Origin: Candidatus Pyrohabitans jungbluthii
Lineage (GTDB): Archaea; Hydrothermarchaeota; Hydrothermarchaeia; Hydrothermarchaeales; BMS3B
Assembly (NCBI GenBank): GCA_002010065.2
Contig: MTMD02000012.1
Coordinates: forward strand, 1 to 40,781
DNA length: 40,781 nucleotides
Reading direction: 5' to 3'
This document shows, piece after piece, positions 28,130-37,627 of this stretch; positions within the stretch are counted from its first letter, which is position 1, and each line of letters opens with the position of its first letter. The position numbers and the translations under genes were made by a program. The notes under the pieces are model-generated. The model saw nothing but the letters and a program-made list of their open reading frames with translations. It had not been told where the DNA came from and did no database searches.

Positions 28130-28200
28130 GTGTACCTACCTCCTCTTTTTATGAAAATCAGCTTAAAGTACATTAAAAAAACTTATATAATTTTTGGTTG

Positions 28201-29133
28201 TCAGCCGAAGAGCAGGTTCTCCATTTCCTTTATGCTCCCCAAACCTTTAATTTCGTGGGGTAAAAGGGGCACCTCCACCAGCTCAACCTCAGGGTAAGCT
28301 TCTCTCAGCTCCTTTAGATACCTCTGCTGCACCTCGGCCACGCGGCGGTGAAACTCGCACTCCGGCTCAAGTACAACGCTGTTCATCACCATTTTATTAA
28401 CCCTTATCCCGAAGTTTTCCAGTTCCTGCATCAGCCTCTTGACTTGGGATACGCTCAGCCCCTGAGGTGTACCGACTGGTATCACCTCCACCTGCGGCGA
28501 CCTGAGAAATTCCAGAAGCTCTTCGCTTAGCTTTCGCCACCCGGAGATAATGTCGAATATTTCCCTCCTGGGCTTTTTCAGCCCCAGGGTTTCGCGAATT
28601 TTTAGCATCGCCGAGTAAAGGCGCAGGTAGACCTTTGCCGCCTCGTCGAGGTGCTCTATGAAGATTATGGGCATCTTAAGCAGGCGCAGCGTATGTCCCG
28701 CAGGGGCTGTGTCCCACACTATTTTATCGTACTCCCCTTCCCTAGCCAGCCCGGCTATGTAGTCCAGCATGAACTCTTCGTCTATGCCTGGAGCGCTGCC
28801 TATGTAGTCGATGATCTCCTCCTGCACAGGCACGAGGGAGGAGAGAACCTCATACACCTCGCCCCCGAACTTCTCCTTCCAGCGGCGAAGAACCTCGTCG
28901 GTGCTGAGCTCAAGGGCATAGAGGTTATCTGTAACCTCCGTTATGCGGTCGCCAACATCGCGCTCAAATATGTCGCTCAGCGAAGGCGCCGGGTCAGAGG
29001 TGAGAATGAGGGTTTTATACCCCTTCTCGGCGAAGTGCAGCGCAGTAGTTGCGCTGAGCGTGGTTTTACCCACACCCCCCTTGCCGGCGAACATCACCAC
29101 CTTTGCGCCTCTCTCAAGTCTCAGCAGACCCAT
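28201..29133 (-). CDS. ArsA/GET3-family ATPase (single domain)
   Basis: GKGGVGKTT, SDPAPSLSD, DTAPAGHTLRLL; start moved to MGLLRL. Confidence 0.92.
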   Translation of the reverse strand: MGLLRLERGAKVVMFAGKGGVGKTTLSATTALHFAEKGYKTLILTSDPAPSLSDIFERDVGDRITEVTDNLYALELSTDEVLRRWKEKFGGEVYEVLSSLVPVQEEIIDYIGSAPGIDEEFMLDYIAGLAREGEYDKIVWDTAPAGHTLRLLKMPIIFIEHLDEAAKVYLRLYSAMLKIRETLGLKKPRREIFDIISGWRKLSEELLEFLRSPQVEVIPVGTPQGLSVSQVKRLMQELENFGIRVNKMVMNSVVLEPECEFHRRVAEVQQRYLKELREAYPEVELVEVPLLPHEIKGLGSIKEMENLLFG

Positions 29134-29187
29134 AGTAAGCCTCACCACGGCAACTGTTTTATTCACCGAGGAATAAAAAGGCTGTGC

Positions 29188-30546
29188 ATGAAGGTTGCTC
29201 GCATACTTATCGCTGGCGAAAGGAGCGGCGTGGGCAAGAGCACAGTTGTTACAGGAATAATTCGCGCTCTTGCGGATGCAGGCATGAAGATCCAGCCCTT
29301 CAAGGTTGGTCCGGACTACATAGACCCCAGCCACCACACCATGGCGATTGGCGAGCCTTCAAGGAATCTGGACACCTGGCTTATGGGCGAACGCGGCGTG
29401 GTGGAGTCCTTCCTTCTAGGCTCAAAGGGCAAAGACCTGGCGGTTATAGAGGGTGCGATGGGGCTGTACGACGGCTTTTCAGGGAGCTACGAGGGCAGCA
29501 GTGCGCACATAGCGAAGCTTACCTCTACGCCAGTGGTGCTGGTGGTGAATGCTTCGAAAATCGCTGGCAGCATAGCAGCGCTCGTAAGCGGCTACAAAAG
29601 CTTCGACCCCGAGCTTAGCTTCGCTGGCGTTATTCTTAATGGCGTTGGAAGCGAGAGCCACGCAAGGATGCTGGGCGAGGCGATTGAGAGCAGGACAGGT
29701 TTACCCCTCCTGGGCTGGCTGCCGAAGAGCAGCGAGATAGAAATTCCCGAGCGCCACCTTGGCTTAATCCCCGCCGCGGAACGGCAAGAGGAGGAGGTTT
29801 ACCTCAAGCTGGCGGAGTTTGTGAGGGAGCATGTGGATCTTGAGGCGATTCTACGTGCCGCGAGAGATGCGCCGCCCCTGCCTGAGCCGCCGGCAGAGGA
29901 GGAGAAGGAGCCCACGGTTAGAGTGGGGGTCGCTCTCGATAAAGCTTTCAGCTTCTACTACTGGGAGAACTTTGAGCTTATGCGCAGGGAGGGTGCTGAG
30001 GTGGTGTTCTTTTCGCCTATAGCTGATGACACTCTCCCTGACGTGGATGGGCTCTACATAGGCGGTGGCTTCCCGGAGGTTTACGCTTCAGAGATAGCGC
30101 AGAACAGGAAGCTGATGAGGGAGATAAGGAAGAAGAGCGAGGAGGGCATGCCAATCTATGCGGAATGCGGTGGGATGATGTACCTGACCAGAGAGCTCCT
30201 CGACCTGGAAGGCAATGCGTATGAGATGACAGGCATTTTTGATGCCGTGGTTGAGATGACGCCAAAGCTTCAGGCTGTGAGGTACACCCTGGCGAGGGCT
30301 GCACGAAATACGCCCTTCTTTTGCGAGGGAGATGTTTTGAAGGGGCATGAGTTCCACTATTCAAGAATCGCCGACTTTGCCAGCGATATCTCTTTTGCTT
30401 ACTCGCTGCAACGTGGCATGGGCATCGCAGACCACCGCGACGGCTTCATAAGCAACGCCACGCTGGCGAGCTATATGCACCTGCACTTCGCGGGGAGCAG
30501 GGATTTTCTGAAGAGCTTCATAGCTGCATGTGCAGCATCGCGCTAG
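29188..30546 (+). CDS. cbiA: Cobyrinate a,c-diamide synthase family (CbiA/CobB, or CfbB)
   Basis: SGVGKS, FKVGPDYIDP, IEGAMGLYDG, ERHLGL, AECGG, GHEFHY. Confidence 0.88.
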   Translation: MKVARILIAGERSGVGKSTVVTGIIRALADAGMKIQPFKVGPDYIDPSHHTMAIGEPSRNLDTWLMGERGVVESFLLGSKGKDLAVIEGAMGLYDGFSGSYEGSSAHIAKLTSTPVVLVVNASKIAGSIAALVSGYKSFDPELSFAGVILNGVGSESHARMLGEAIESRTGLPLLGWLPKSSEIEIPERHLGLIPAAERQEEEVYLKLAEFVREHVDLEAILRAARDAPPLPEPPAEEEKEPTVRVGVALDKAFSFYYWENFELMRREGAEVVFFSPIADDTLPDVDGLYIGGGFPEVYASEIAQNRKLMREIRKKSEEGMPIYAECGGMMYLTRELLDLEGNAYEMTGIFDAVVEMTPKLQAVRYTLARAARNTPFFCEGDVLKGHEFHYSRIADFASDISFAYSLQRGMGIADHRDGFISNATLASYMHLHFAGSRDFLKSFIAACAASR

Positions 30547-31253
30547 GCGAGCAGCTTCTTAAGTACGCCTATGGTAAGGCGGTGGTACGCCCGTTTAGGG
30601 AAAATTTCCACCCTTCCCGAGCCCAGCATGCCGAGGGCGAAGATGTCGCCCAGCACATCTCCAGCCACATGAGGGAGCGTTTCTCTTGAGTAGCCCCGCA
30701 GGTAGGGTGTTGGCGCCATCGCCACGCGGAGCTTCTCCTCCTCGCTGGCCTCTTCCAGCACAAACTCATACTCGGCGCTGCGGTGAGCAACGTAGATTTC
30801 GACGTTCTCGCTGGGAAGCACGCGGATCTCACCCTCAGGGAGGCTAAGCGTTACCTCCCTCTCAATCCTGCGCAGCTCGCCGGGTAGCTTTTCAGCGCCG
30901 GCCTCCTTAAGTTTGAGGTATAGCCTCTCATCCAGCTTGCCCGAGGCGCTGCCGATGACGGCATAGGGTGGCTGTCCTTCTCGCTTGGCGTCGCGGAAAC
31001 TCTGTCTGCTGAGCTCATAGGCGCTGCTCAGCCCGGTGATGCTTGCGCAGGTGATACCAGCTAAGTAAAGGCAGCCCAGGGCGTGCTCCACCAGGTAGGC
31101 CTTTTTTCCCCCAGCGGCGAGGTCAACGCGGATATCGAAGCGGGAGACGTTGCTTACATCAGCTTCTATGCCGTTGACACTCAGCTTCTCTGCCGGCGAA
31201 ACGCGGAGGTAGTCCACCTCCACCTCCCGCGAAAGTGTAGCTCGCGAAAGCAT
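30543..31253 (-). CDS. LpxC-like Zn-dependent deacetylase homolog
   Basis: VEHALGCLYLAGI, HVAGDVLGD and YHRL are collinear with the LpxC motifs VEHL..AL.GLGI, HK.LD.IGD and GHAL. Confidence 0.72.
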   Translation of the reverse strand: MLSRATLSREVEVDYLRVSPAEKLSVNGIEADVSNVSRFDIRVDLAAGGKKAYLVEHALGCLYLAGITCASITGLSSAYELSRQSFRDAKREGQPPYAVIGSASGKLDERLYLKLKEAGAEKLPGELRRIEREVTLSLPEGEIRVLPSENVEIYVAHRSAEYEFVLEEASEEEKLRVAMAPTPYLRGYSRETLPHVAGDVLGDIFALGMLGSGRVEIFPKRAYHRLTIGVLKKLLA

Positions 31254-31304
31254 GCTGTTACCTCTTACCAAAGCTTTTTATTTTCTTGCTTCGAGTTACC
31301 TGCG

Positions 31305-32138
31305 ATGCGCTCACAGCTTGTTGAGCTTATACGCGTTGCAGTCACATCATTGCCGAGGGATGTGGAGGAAGCTCTGCAGAGAGCGCTGGAGCGAGAGGAG
31401 AACCCCTTGGCTAGGCTTCAGCTTGAAACGATACTAAAAAACGTGGCCTATGCGAGAGAGCGGCGCCTGCCCCTCTGTCAGGATACAGGTGTTCCCATCT
31501 TCTTTGTGCGTGGCTTCGGCAATCTGAGCAAGGTGGAGCATGAAATTAAGCAGGCGGTTAGAGAAGCGACGCAGGCAGTGCCCCTGCGTCCCAGCATAGT
31601 TGACGCGATTACCAGAAAAAACACCGGTGACAACACCGGCGAGGGCATGCCTGTAATCCACTTTGAGGGTGGCGAGGAGCAGAGCATCACCTTCTTGGCC
31701 AAGGGCGCGGGGAGCGAGAACGTTTCGCGAGCAAAAATGCTTCCAGCAAGCGAGGGCGTGGCTGGGATAAAGCGCTTTGTGGTGGAGATAGTGCGCAGCG
31801 CTGGCGCAAAGCCGTGTCCCCCTGTGATTGTGGGCGTGGGCATAGGCGGCACCCTGGATTTAGCTGCGAAGCTGGCGAAGGAGGCACTGCTTCAGCCCCT
31901 ATCCCAGAGAAACCCCCGTGAGGAGCTTTCGAAGCTGGAGGAGGAGCTTCTGGAGGAGATCAACGCCCTGGGCATAGGCGCCATGGGTATGGGTGGAAGT
32001 ACCACGTGCTTAGCGGTAAAAGTGCTTGCATCAGCTTGCCACACCGCTTCGCTTCCCGTGGCGGTGAACATTCAATGCTGGGCGTACCGCTGGGCGAGGC
32101 TGCGAAGGGTCGACGAGGAGTGGGTGGTGGAGCAGTGA
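31305..32138 (+). CDS. Fe-S hydro-lyase (fumarate hydratase/tartrate dehydratase) alpha subunit
   Basis: [34 protein letters not shown]. Confidence 0.92.
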   Translation: MRSQLVELIRVAVTSLPRDVEEALQRALEREENPLARLQLETILKNVAYARERRLPLCQDTGVPIFFVRGFGNLSKVEHEIKQAVREATQAVPLRPSIVDAITRKNTGDNTGEGMPVIHFEGGEEQSITFLAKGAGSENVSRAKMLPASEGVAGIKRFVVEIVRSAGAKPCPPVIVGVGIGGTLDLAAKLAKEALLQPLSQRNPREELSKLEEELLEEINALGIGAMGMGGSTTCLAVKVLASACHTASLPVAVNIQCWAYRWARLRRVDEEWVVEQ

Positions 32139-32665
32139 AGCACGAGCTTTCTACGCCTGTTGGCAGGGAAGAGGTGCTCAAGCTTCGCGTCGGCGATGTG
32201 GTTTACCTGAGTGGGGTTATTGTAACCGCTCGAGATAGAGCTCATCGCCGTGCGTTAGAGCTGCCCAAGAAAGAGATTCCGGCGAGCTTCAATGTAATCT
32301 ACCACTGTGGCCCTCTGGTCAGGAAGCAGGATGAGAGGTGGGAGGTGCTTTCAGCAGGACCAACGACGAGCGCACGCATGGAGCCCTATCTTGCGTCGCT
32401 TCTGGAGAAGTTCTCCACCAGGCTTATAATAGGCAAGGGCGGCTTCTCTCCAGCTGCAAAAGAGCTTTTTAAGAAGCACACCGCAGCGTACCTCGCCTTC
32501 ACGGGCGGAGCCGGCGCACTGGCAGCGATGGCGATTAAGCGTGTGTTAGCTGTGCACTGGCTTGACTTGGGCATACCCGAGGCGCTGTGGGTGCTTGAGG
32601 TCGCGAGATTTGGCCCCCTCGTCGTAGCCATGGATGCGCATGGGGGGAGTGTCTACCAAGAATGA
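32135..32665 (+). CDS. Fe-S hydro-lyase beta subunit
   Basis: [29 protein letters not shown]; GTG overlaps the alpha stop. Confidence 0.92.
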   Translation: MKHELSTPVGREEVLKLRVGDVVYLSGVIVTARDRAHRRALELPKKEIPASFNVIYHCGPLVRKQDERWEVLSAGPTTSARMEPYLASLLEKFSTRLIIGKGGFSPAAKELFKKHTAAYLAFTGGAGALAAMAIKRVLAVHWLDLGIPEALWVLEVARFGPLVVAMDAHGGSVYQE

Positions 32666-32681
32666 GACCTGAAAACATCTC

Positions 32682-32983
32682 TTACTCGATGAACTCTACT
32701 TCTATCTCCAGCTTCTGTGCGATATCGCTCTGCTTTTTATCGCTGGTTAAAAGCCTGCCGTATTTCTGAGCCTGAGCTATATATAACGCATCGTATATAG
32801 AAACTTTTTCCTCAACAGAAATTTTCTGAGCTGGGCTTATATATTTCCCAAGAGACTCAAATACAATAATTTCCTGAGCTTCTTTTAAAGCATTGAACAT
32901 AAGTAAAGCGTCTTCAAGGGATATTTTACCATAAACTGAGTGATGTTTCCATACAGCATTAGAAACCTCAGCCAGAGGCGTAT
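32682..32983 (-). pseudogene. N-terminally truncated PIN/VapC toxin
   Basis: LAEVSNAVWK...SIYDALYIAQA...LLTSDKKQ; lacks the first VD motif and an antitoxin; AT-rich. Confidence 0.75.
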
Positions 32984-33892
32984 TTAAAGCCCCTCCAGAA
33001 ACTCCTCCACCTCTTGCTTTGTGGGCAAACCAGCGCGCGCACCCACGTGGGAGATGCACTTCGCGGCGACGAAGTTGCCCAGCTTTCCGCAGGTCTCCAG
33101 GTCGTAACCTTTAAGCAAGCCGTAGAGGAAGCCCGCGGCAAAGGCGTCGCCGGCGCCGGTGGTGTCCACCACGCTTGTTTTAAACGCTGGCACGCGGAGC
33201 CTCTCCCTATCGCTGGCTATGAAGCAGCCCTCCTCGCCGAGGGTTACCACCACGATTCTCGCCCCCATATAGAGAAGCATCTCCGCCCCGCGCTCGTATT
33301 CGTTGCCGGTGAGGTGGAAGGCCTCTTCTTTGTTGAGAAATATCACCTCGCTGGCTGAGATGAACTCCTTGAGCTCCACCAGACAGCGCTCCTTGGCGTA
33401 GAGCATCCCAGGGGCAAAGCTCAGCTTCTGCTTTTTAAGCTTCGCCAGCAGTGCGCGCTGAGCTTCGAAGCCGTACTCGCCGACGAAGGAAGAGAAGTGC
33501 AGGTACTTAGCGCGCGAAGCGTAGGCGATGCTCTTTTCGGTGAGCTTCAGCAGGTCATTCGCCCCGGGATAGGCGTACATGCTTCGCTCGCCCTTCTCAT
33601 CCACCAGCGCTATTATTATTCCCGTGGGCGCATCCAGGCGCTCTATTGCGCTCGTATCCACGCCCTCGCGCCGCAGCTCGGCTATTAGGAAATCGCCATC
33701 GCTGTCTCTGCCCACTGCGCCTATAAAGCCCGTGCTCACACCTAGCCTCGCAAGACCCACGATGGTGTTTGCCGCACTCCCTCCGGCTGCCTGCGTAGCC
33801 TCTATTACAAAAACCTCCTCCCCGGGCTTAGCTATGCGAGGCACGCGGTAGATTTTGTCTAGGTTGAGGGCGCCCACGCCGACTACATCCAT
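32984..33892 (-). CDS. PfkB-family carbohydrate/nucleoside kinase
   Basis: GGSAAN, VDTTGAGDAF. Confidence 0.93.
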   Translation of the reverse strand: MDVVGVGALNLDKIYRVPRIAKPGEEVFVIEATQAAGGSAANTIVGLARLGVSTGFIGAVGRDSDGDFLIAELRREGVDTSAIERLDAPTGIIIALVDEKGERSMYAYPGANDLLKLTEKSIAYASRAKYLHFSSFVGEYGFEAQRALLAKLKKQKLSFAPGMLYAKERCLVELKEFISASEVIFLNKEEAFHLTGNEYERGAEMLLYMGARIVVVTLGEEGCFIASDRERLRVPAFKTSVVDTTGAGDAFAAGFLYGLLKGYDLETCGKLGNFVAAKCISHVGARAGLPTKQEVEEFLEGL

Positions 33893-33968
33893 ATTAAAAA
33901 ATAGTTTAACTGGAGATATAAAGGTTCACCTGGGCACACTGCGGCATCAAATCTCTTGCAGGCTCTGC

Positions 33969-34772
33969 TTAATGCCCCGCTTCCTTCGAATCTGAGTACA
34001 TCGCAGCGAAGGGTCGGTGCGACAGAGGCACAACCTTGGTGAACTTCGCATTCATAATCTCATCCACGTCGCCGCCAAAGTAGGAGCAGAACTCCTCAAT
34101 TTCCCGGCGCAGGAAGGCGAGGTCCTCCTTTGTAAGTTCCTCGAACTTTGCACCGTAGCCGAGCTTGTCCTCATCCACCTCGTCTCGCAGGTAAATTGCG
34201 CCGCCGTGTATTCCCGTCGCCAGCCAGTCGCCAACTATCTCAGGGTAGGTCTCCAGTCTCTGCAAGCCGAGAATAATAATCCTGCCCCCAGCCATGTACT
34301 CGCCCAGGAAGTCGCCAGCGGTGCCGCCTATAACCAGCACCGGCACCTGCTCTTTATACTCCTTCATGTGAATTCCCACGCGGTAGCCCACGTGACCTCG
34401 AACGAAAATCTTGCCTCCGCGCATGCTGTGCCCTATAATATCGGTACCGTCGCCGTGCACTATTATCTTACCCGCGTTCATGGTGTTGCCTGCGCCATCC
34501 TGCACATCGCCGTACACCACGATGGTGGGACCATTCGCAAACGCGCCTAGGTCGTCGCCCGCAACTCCGTGAATCTCTATATAATAGTCGCCTCGCAGAC
34601 CATCGGCGATAAAGCGCTGCCCGTTTACATTTATAAGCTTGAGCTTCTTCGCCCCCTGGTTTATAATCTCCTCTATAAGCGCGTTAAGCTCCCGGTAGTG
34701 CATACCCTTCGCATCGATAACCACAAACTCGCCTTCCTTAGAAACCCTCGCCTTTTCCAGCGTCGCAGCCAT
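33969..34772 (-). CDS. Glutamate synthase GXGXG domain subunit (GltB3)
   Basis: GQRFI, GNTMNAG, GIHMK, GEYMAGG. Confidence 0.9.
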   Translation of the reverse strand: MAATLEKARVSKEGEFVVIDAKGMHYRELNALIEEIINQGAKKLKLINVNGQRFIADGLRGDYYIEIHGVAGDDLGAFANGPTIVVYGDVQDGAGNTMNAGKIIVHGDGTDIIGHSMRGGKIFVRGHVGYRVGIHMKEYKEQVPVLVIGGTAGDFLGEYMAGGRIIILGLQRLETYPEIVGDWLATGIHGGAIYLRDEVDEDKLGYGAKFEELTKEDLAFLRREIEEFCSYFGGDVDEIMNAKFTKVVPLSHRPFAAMYSDSKEAGH

Positions 34773-34773
34773 G

Positions 34774-36282
34774 CTATCTCCCCGCAGGTTTAACTCCGAG
34801 AACCTCAAGGTCAACATCACTCAGGCCAACGCCACGCAGCCTATCCCTGTTGCCGCGGAGGCTCTCTATGGAGTTCAGCCCGAGGGCGCCGAGGATCTCC
34901 TTCAACTCATGGCTCCATGCCTTGAGAAGGTTCGCCGCTCTGCGTGCGCCCTCATCCGGGTTGAGGCGCTTTCTTAGCTCAGGAATTTGCGTGGCTATGC
35001 CCCACGGGCACTTGCCGGTATAGCACTTCTTGCACACAGTGCAGCCCAGCGCTACCAGCGCGGCGGTGCCTATGTACACCGCGTCGGCGCCCAAGGCTAT
35101 TGCCTTGGCGACATCGGCGCTGCTCCTTATACCTCCGCTCGCGATGATGCTGCCCCAGTGGCGTATACCCTCTTCACGCAGCCTCTGGTCCACGCTGGCT
35201 ATCGCCACCTCTATGGGAATGCCATGATGGTCGCGGTGCACCTGAGGCGCTGCTCCCGTGCCGCCGCGGAACCCGTCGAGCACAACTGCATCTGCGCCGG
35301 CGCGGATTATGCCCACCGCTATGGGCGCGACGTTGTGCACCGCAGCTATCTTCACAAATACCGGCTTCTTGTAGCGCGTCGCCTCCTTAAGGGCGTATAT
35401 CAACCGCGATAAATCTTCGATGCTGTATATGTCGTGGTGCGGCGCGGGCGAAATAGCATCGCTCCCCTCGGGTATCATTCTGGTTTGAGAGATCTCAGCC
35501 GTAACCTTTGTGCCGGGCAGGTGGCCGCCTATGCCCGGCTTCGCCCCCTGGCCGATCTTAATCTCTATCGCCGCGCCCCGCTTTAAGTACTCCTCATGCA
35601 CCGCAAACCTACCGGAGGCGACCTGGGTTATTATGTGGTCAGCGTAAGGATAAAGATCTACGTGCATCCCACCCTCACCGGTGCCCATGTAGGTGCCCAC
35701 TTCTTTGGCTGCGCGAGCCATGCTCAGCTGGGCCTCAATGCTTATGCTGCCGTAGCTCATGTGGGCAAACATTATGGGCGTCTCAAGCTTGAGGTTGGGC
35801 GCAATCTTAGTCTTGAGGTCAACGCCATTGTCCTCCTCGAGATCAACCTTCTCAGGCTTCCTCCCTATGTAGGTGCGCAGCTCCATGGGCTCACGCAGCG
35901 GGTCTATGCTGGGGTTCGTAACCTGGCAGGCATCTAAAACAAGACGGTCGAAGTAGTTGAGGTAGGGAAGCTCGTTGCCCATGGCGGTGAGAATGACGCT
36001 CCCTGTTTCTGCCTGGGTTTTAATGTCCTTCCTTACCTTATTTGTCCACACGGGGTGGGGAGAGTACTCCATTGGGTGCTTCTCTATGCTGATCGCCTGC
36101 GTGGGGCACATGTAGGCGCAGCGCAGGCACGCGACGCACTTCTCATGGTGGCGCTTCCACTTTTTCTTCTCCTTGTCATATTCATGCACCCCGAAGGGGC
36201 ACTCGCGCACGCAGCGGAGGCAGTTAATGCACGCCTCCTTATCCACGCGCACTATGAAGTCAGGCGGGAAATTTCGCACCAT
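34774..36282 (-). CDS. Glutamate synthase FMN-binding subunit with N-terminal 2x[4Fe-4S] (GltB2)
   Basis: Two CxxCxxCxxxCP, MSYG, GTGEGG, QVASGRF, KIGQGAKPG, SPAPHHDIYSIEDL. Confidence 0.94.
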   Translation of the reverse strand: MVRNFPPDFIVRVDKEACINCLRCVRECPFGVHEYDKEKKKWKRHHEKCVACLRCAYMCPTQAISIEKHPMEYSPHPVWTNKVRKDIKTQAETGSVILTAMGNELPYLNYFDRLVLDACQVTNPSIDPLREPMELRTYIGRKPEKVDLEEDNGVDLKTKIAPNLKLETPIMFAHMSYGSISIEAQLSMARAAKEVGTYMGTGEGGMHVDLYPYADHIITQVASGRFAVHEEYLKRGAAIEIKIGQGAKPGIGGHLPGTKVTAEISQTRMIPEGSDAISPAPHHDIYSIEDLSRLIYALKEATRYKKPVFVKIAAVHNVAPIAVGIIRAGADAVVLDGFRGGTGAAPQVHRDHHGIPIEVAIASVDQRLREEGIRHWGSIIASGGIRSSADVAKAIALGADAVYIGTAALVALGCTVCKKCYTGKCPWGIATQIPELRKRLNPDEGARRAANLLKAWSHELKEILGALGLNSIESLRGNRDRLRGVGLSDVDLEVLGVKPAGR

Positions 36283-37362
36283 TTAGTGTATTACCTCCTC
36301 TCTAACGTCATCATAAAGACGGGCAATCACAGGATTGCCAGCGCGCGGAGCCCAGAGCTTGTCTAACTCTGGTTGCACTTCGCGTATTGCCGCCTCCTCG
36401 CTGGCGATGTACACAAAATCACCGCTCTTCGCCGCTATGAGGGGGCGCAGCTTTATGCGGTCGTTTAACCCAACCATGGTGTCTCGATTCGCGACGATTA
36501 TCGCAAAGGGTCCATTGAGCATTGCGGGCGCGTACGTCATGCGCAGCGCCGTGTATATGCTCCGCTTGGGCTCCGGCATCTTATCTATATGCTTCCAGAA
36601 GGGCGGGGTCAGAGCAATGGCAGCAGTGCGAATGCTCAACCCCTGCTTTCGTACGAGCAGGTCGAAAAGGTAGGCTACCACTTCGGTGTCGGTTAGCAGC
36701 CTGCATTTGTAGCCGTGAGCCTCAAGGTAGCGCCTATTTGTACCGTAGCTGCTTATCTCGCCGTTGTGCACAACGCTCCAGTCGAGAAGGTTGAATGGGT
36801 GCGCACCACCCCACCATCCTGGGGTATTCGTGGGGAAGCGCCCGTGGGTTATCCAGCAGTACGCTTTGTACTTCTCTATCTTGTACATCCTTGCAACGTC
36901 GTCCGGCATGCCCGTGGCCTTAAAGACACCCATGTTCTTGCCGCTGCTCGCCACGAAAGCGCCGTCAATCTCATCGTTAATTGTAAAGACAGTATCTATG
37001 ATATAATCCTCCTCCTGGGCGAGGTACTCCTTCTTGCTCTTAAACTTGTGGGGAACCTCCACGAAGTAGCGCCATACGATGTTCTCCTTGGGTATCTCCT
37101 TGATGTTGCGCATTGGCACCTCTTCGTCCTTTATTATCGCCACGCGGTCTTTGAGGAACTCCTCAGTCGCTTCTTTCGCCTCCTCATCGCGGAAGAATAA
37201 ATGCAGGGCATAGTACTCCGCGTACTTCGGGTATATCCCGTAGCCGGCGAAGCCTCCCCCACGACCATCGTAGCGGTCGCGCATCATCTTCGCCATAGTT
37301 ATAATATCATCGCCCGGGATTCTCTTGCCGTCGCGGTTGAAGATTCCACCTAATCCGCACAT
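36283..37362 (-). CDS. Glutamate synthase class II amidotransferase subunit (GltB1)
   Basis: N-terminal MCG, HGRFPTNT, AHPF, HNGEI, TDTE, DRIKLRP. Confidence 0.93.
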   Translation of the reverse strand: MCGLGGIFNRDGKRIPGDDIITMAKMMRDRYDGRGGGFAGYGIYPKYAEYYALHLFFRDEEAKEATEEFLKDRVAIIKDEEVPMRNIKEIPKENIVWRYFVEVPHKFKSKKEYLAQEEDYIIDTVFTINDEIDGAFVASSGKNMGVFKATGMPDDVARMYKIEKYKAYCWITHGRFPTNTPGWWGGAHPFNLLDWSVVHNGEISSYGTNRRYLEAHGYKCRLLTDTEVVAYLFDLLVRKQGLSIRTAAIALTPPFWKHIDKMPEPKRSIYTALRMTYAPAMLNGPFAIIVANRDTMVGLNDRIKLRPLIAAKSGDFVYIASEEAAIREVQPELDKLWAPRAGNPVIARLYDDVREEVIH

Positions 37363-37627
37363 CTCTTTACCTCAGCAGGAGGAGTTTTTTGTAAGAGGTT
37401 AGACCACGCCTAACATCGAAAAGGCGAGCCATAATTCTAGCTCTATGGTTATAAAATTTTTGGCTGTTCAGCAGGATACCTACAGGAAAATGTAGCCACA
37501 GCAGAAAATTTTAAATATGTTTACATTTACAATATTCTTTACAGTGATGCATAACTTTATATATGGGATGTTTTTACATATATATTAACACATGTTAGAG
37601 TTGTAAAAGCCGCCTCTTTCTGGGAGC

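Noticed and set aside
28651-29337. Long overlapping N-terminal extensions of cbiA (631 aa) and arsA (378 aa)
   Set aside because: ORF-caller extensions through the opposite gene; family motifs begin at 29188 and 29133.
31083-32134. Extended starts for the hydro-lyase alpha (31083) and beta (32006) subunits
   Set aside because: They overlap neighbouring genes; homologous sequence starts at 31305 and 32135.
33969-37362. Split glutamate synthase as a novelty
   Set aside because: The three-gene GltB1/B2/B3 arrangement is well known in archaea.
37363-37627. Replication origin or NrpR operator in the AT-rich gap
   Set aside because: No ORB repeats, no adjacent cdc6 and no GGAA-N6-TTCC site found.
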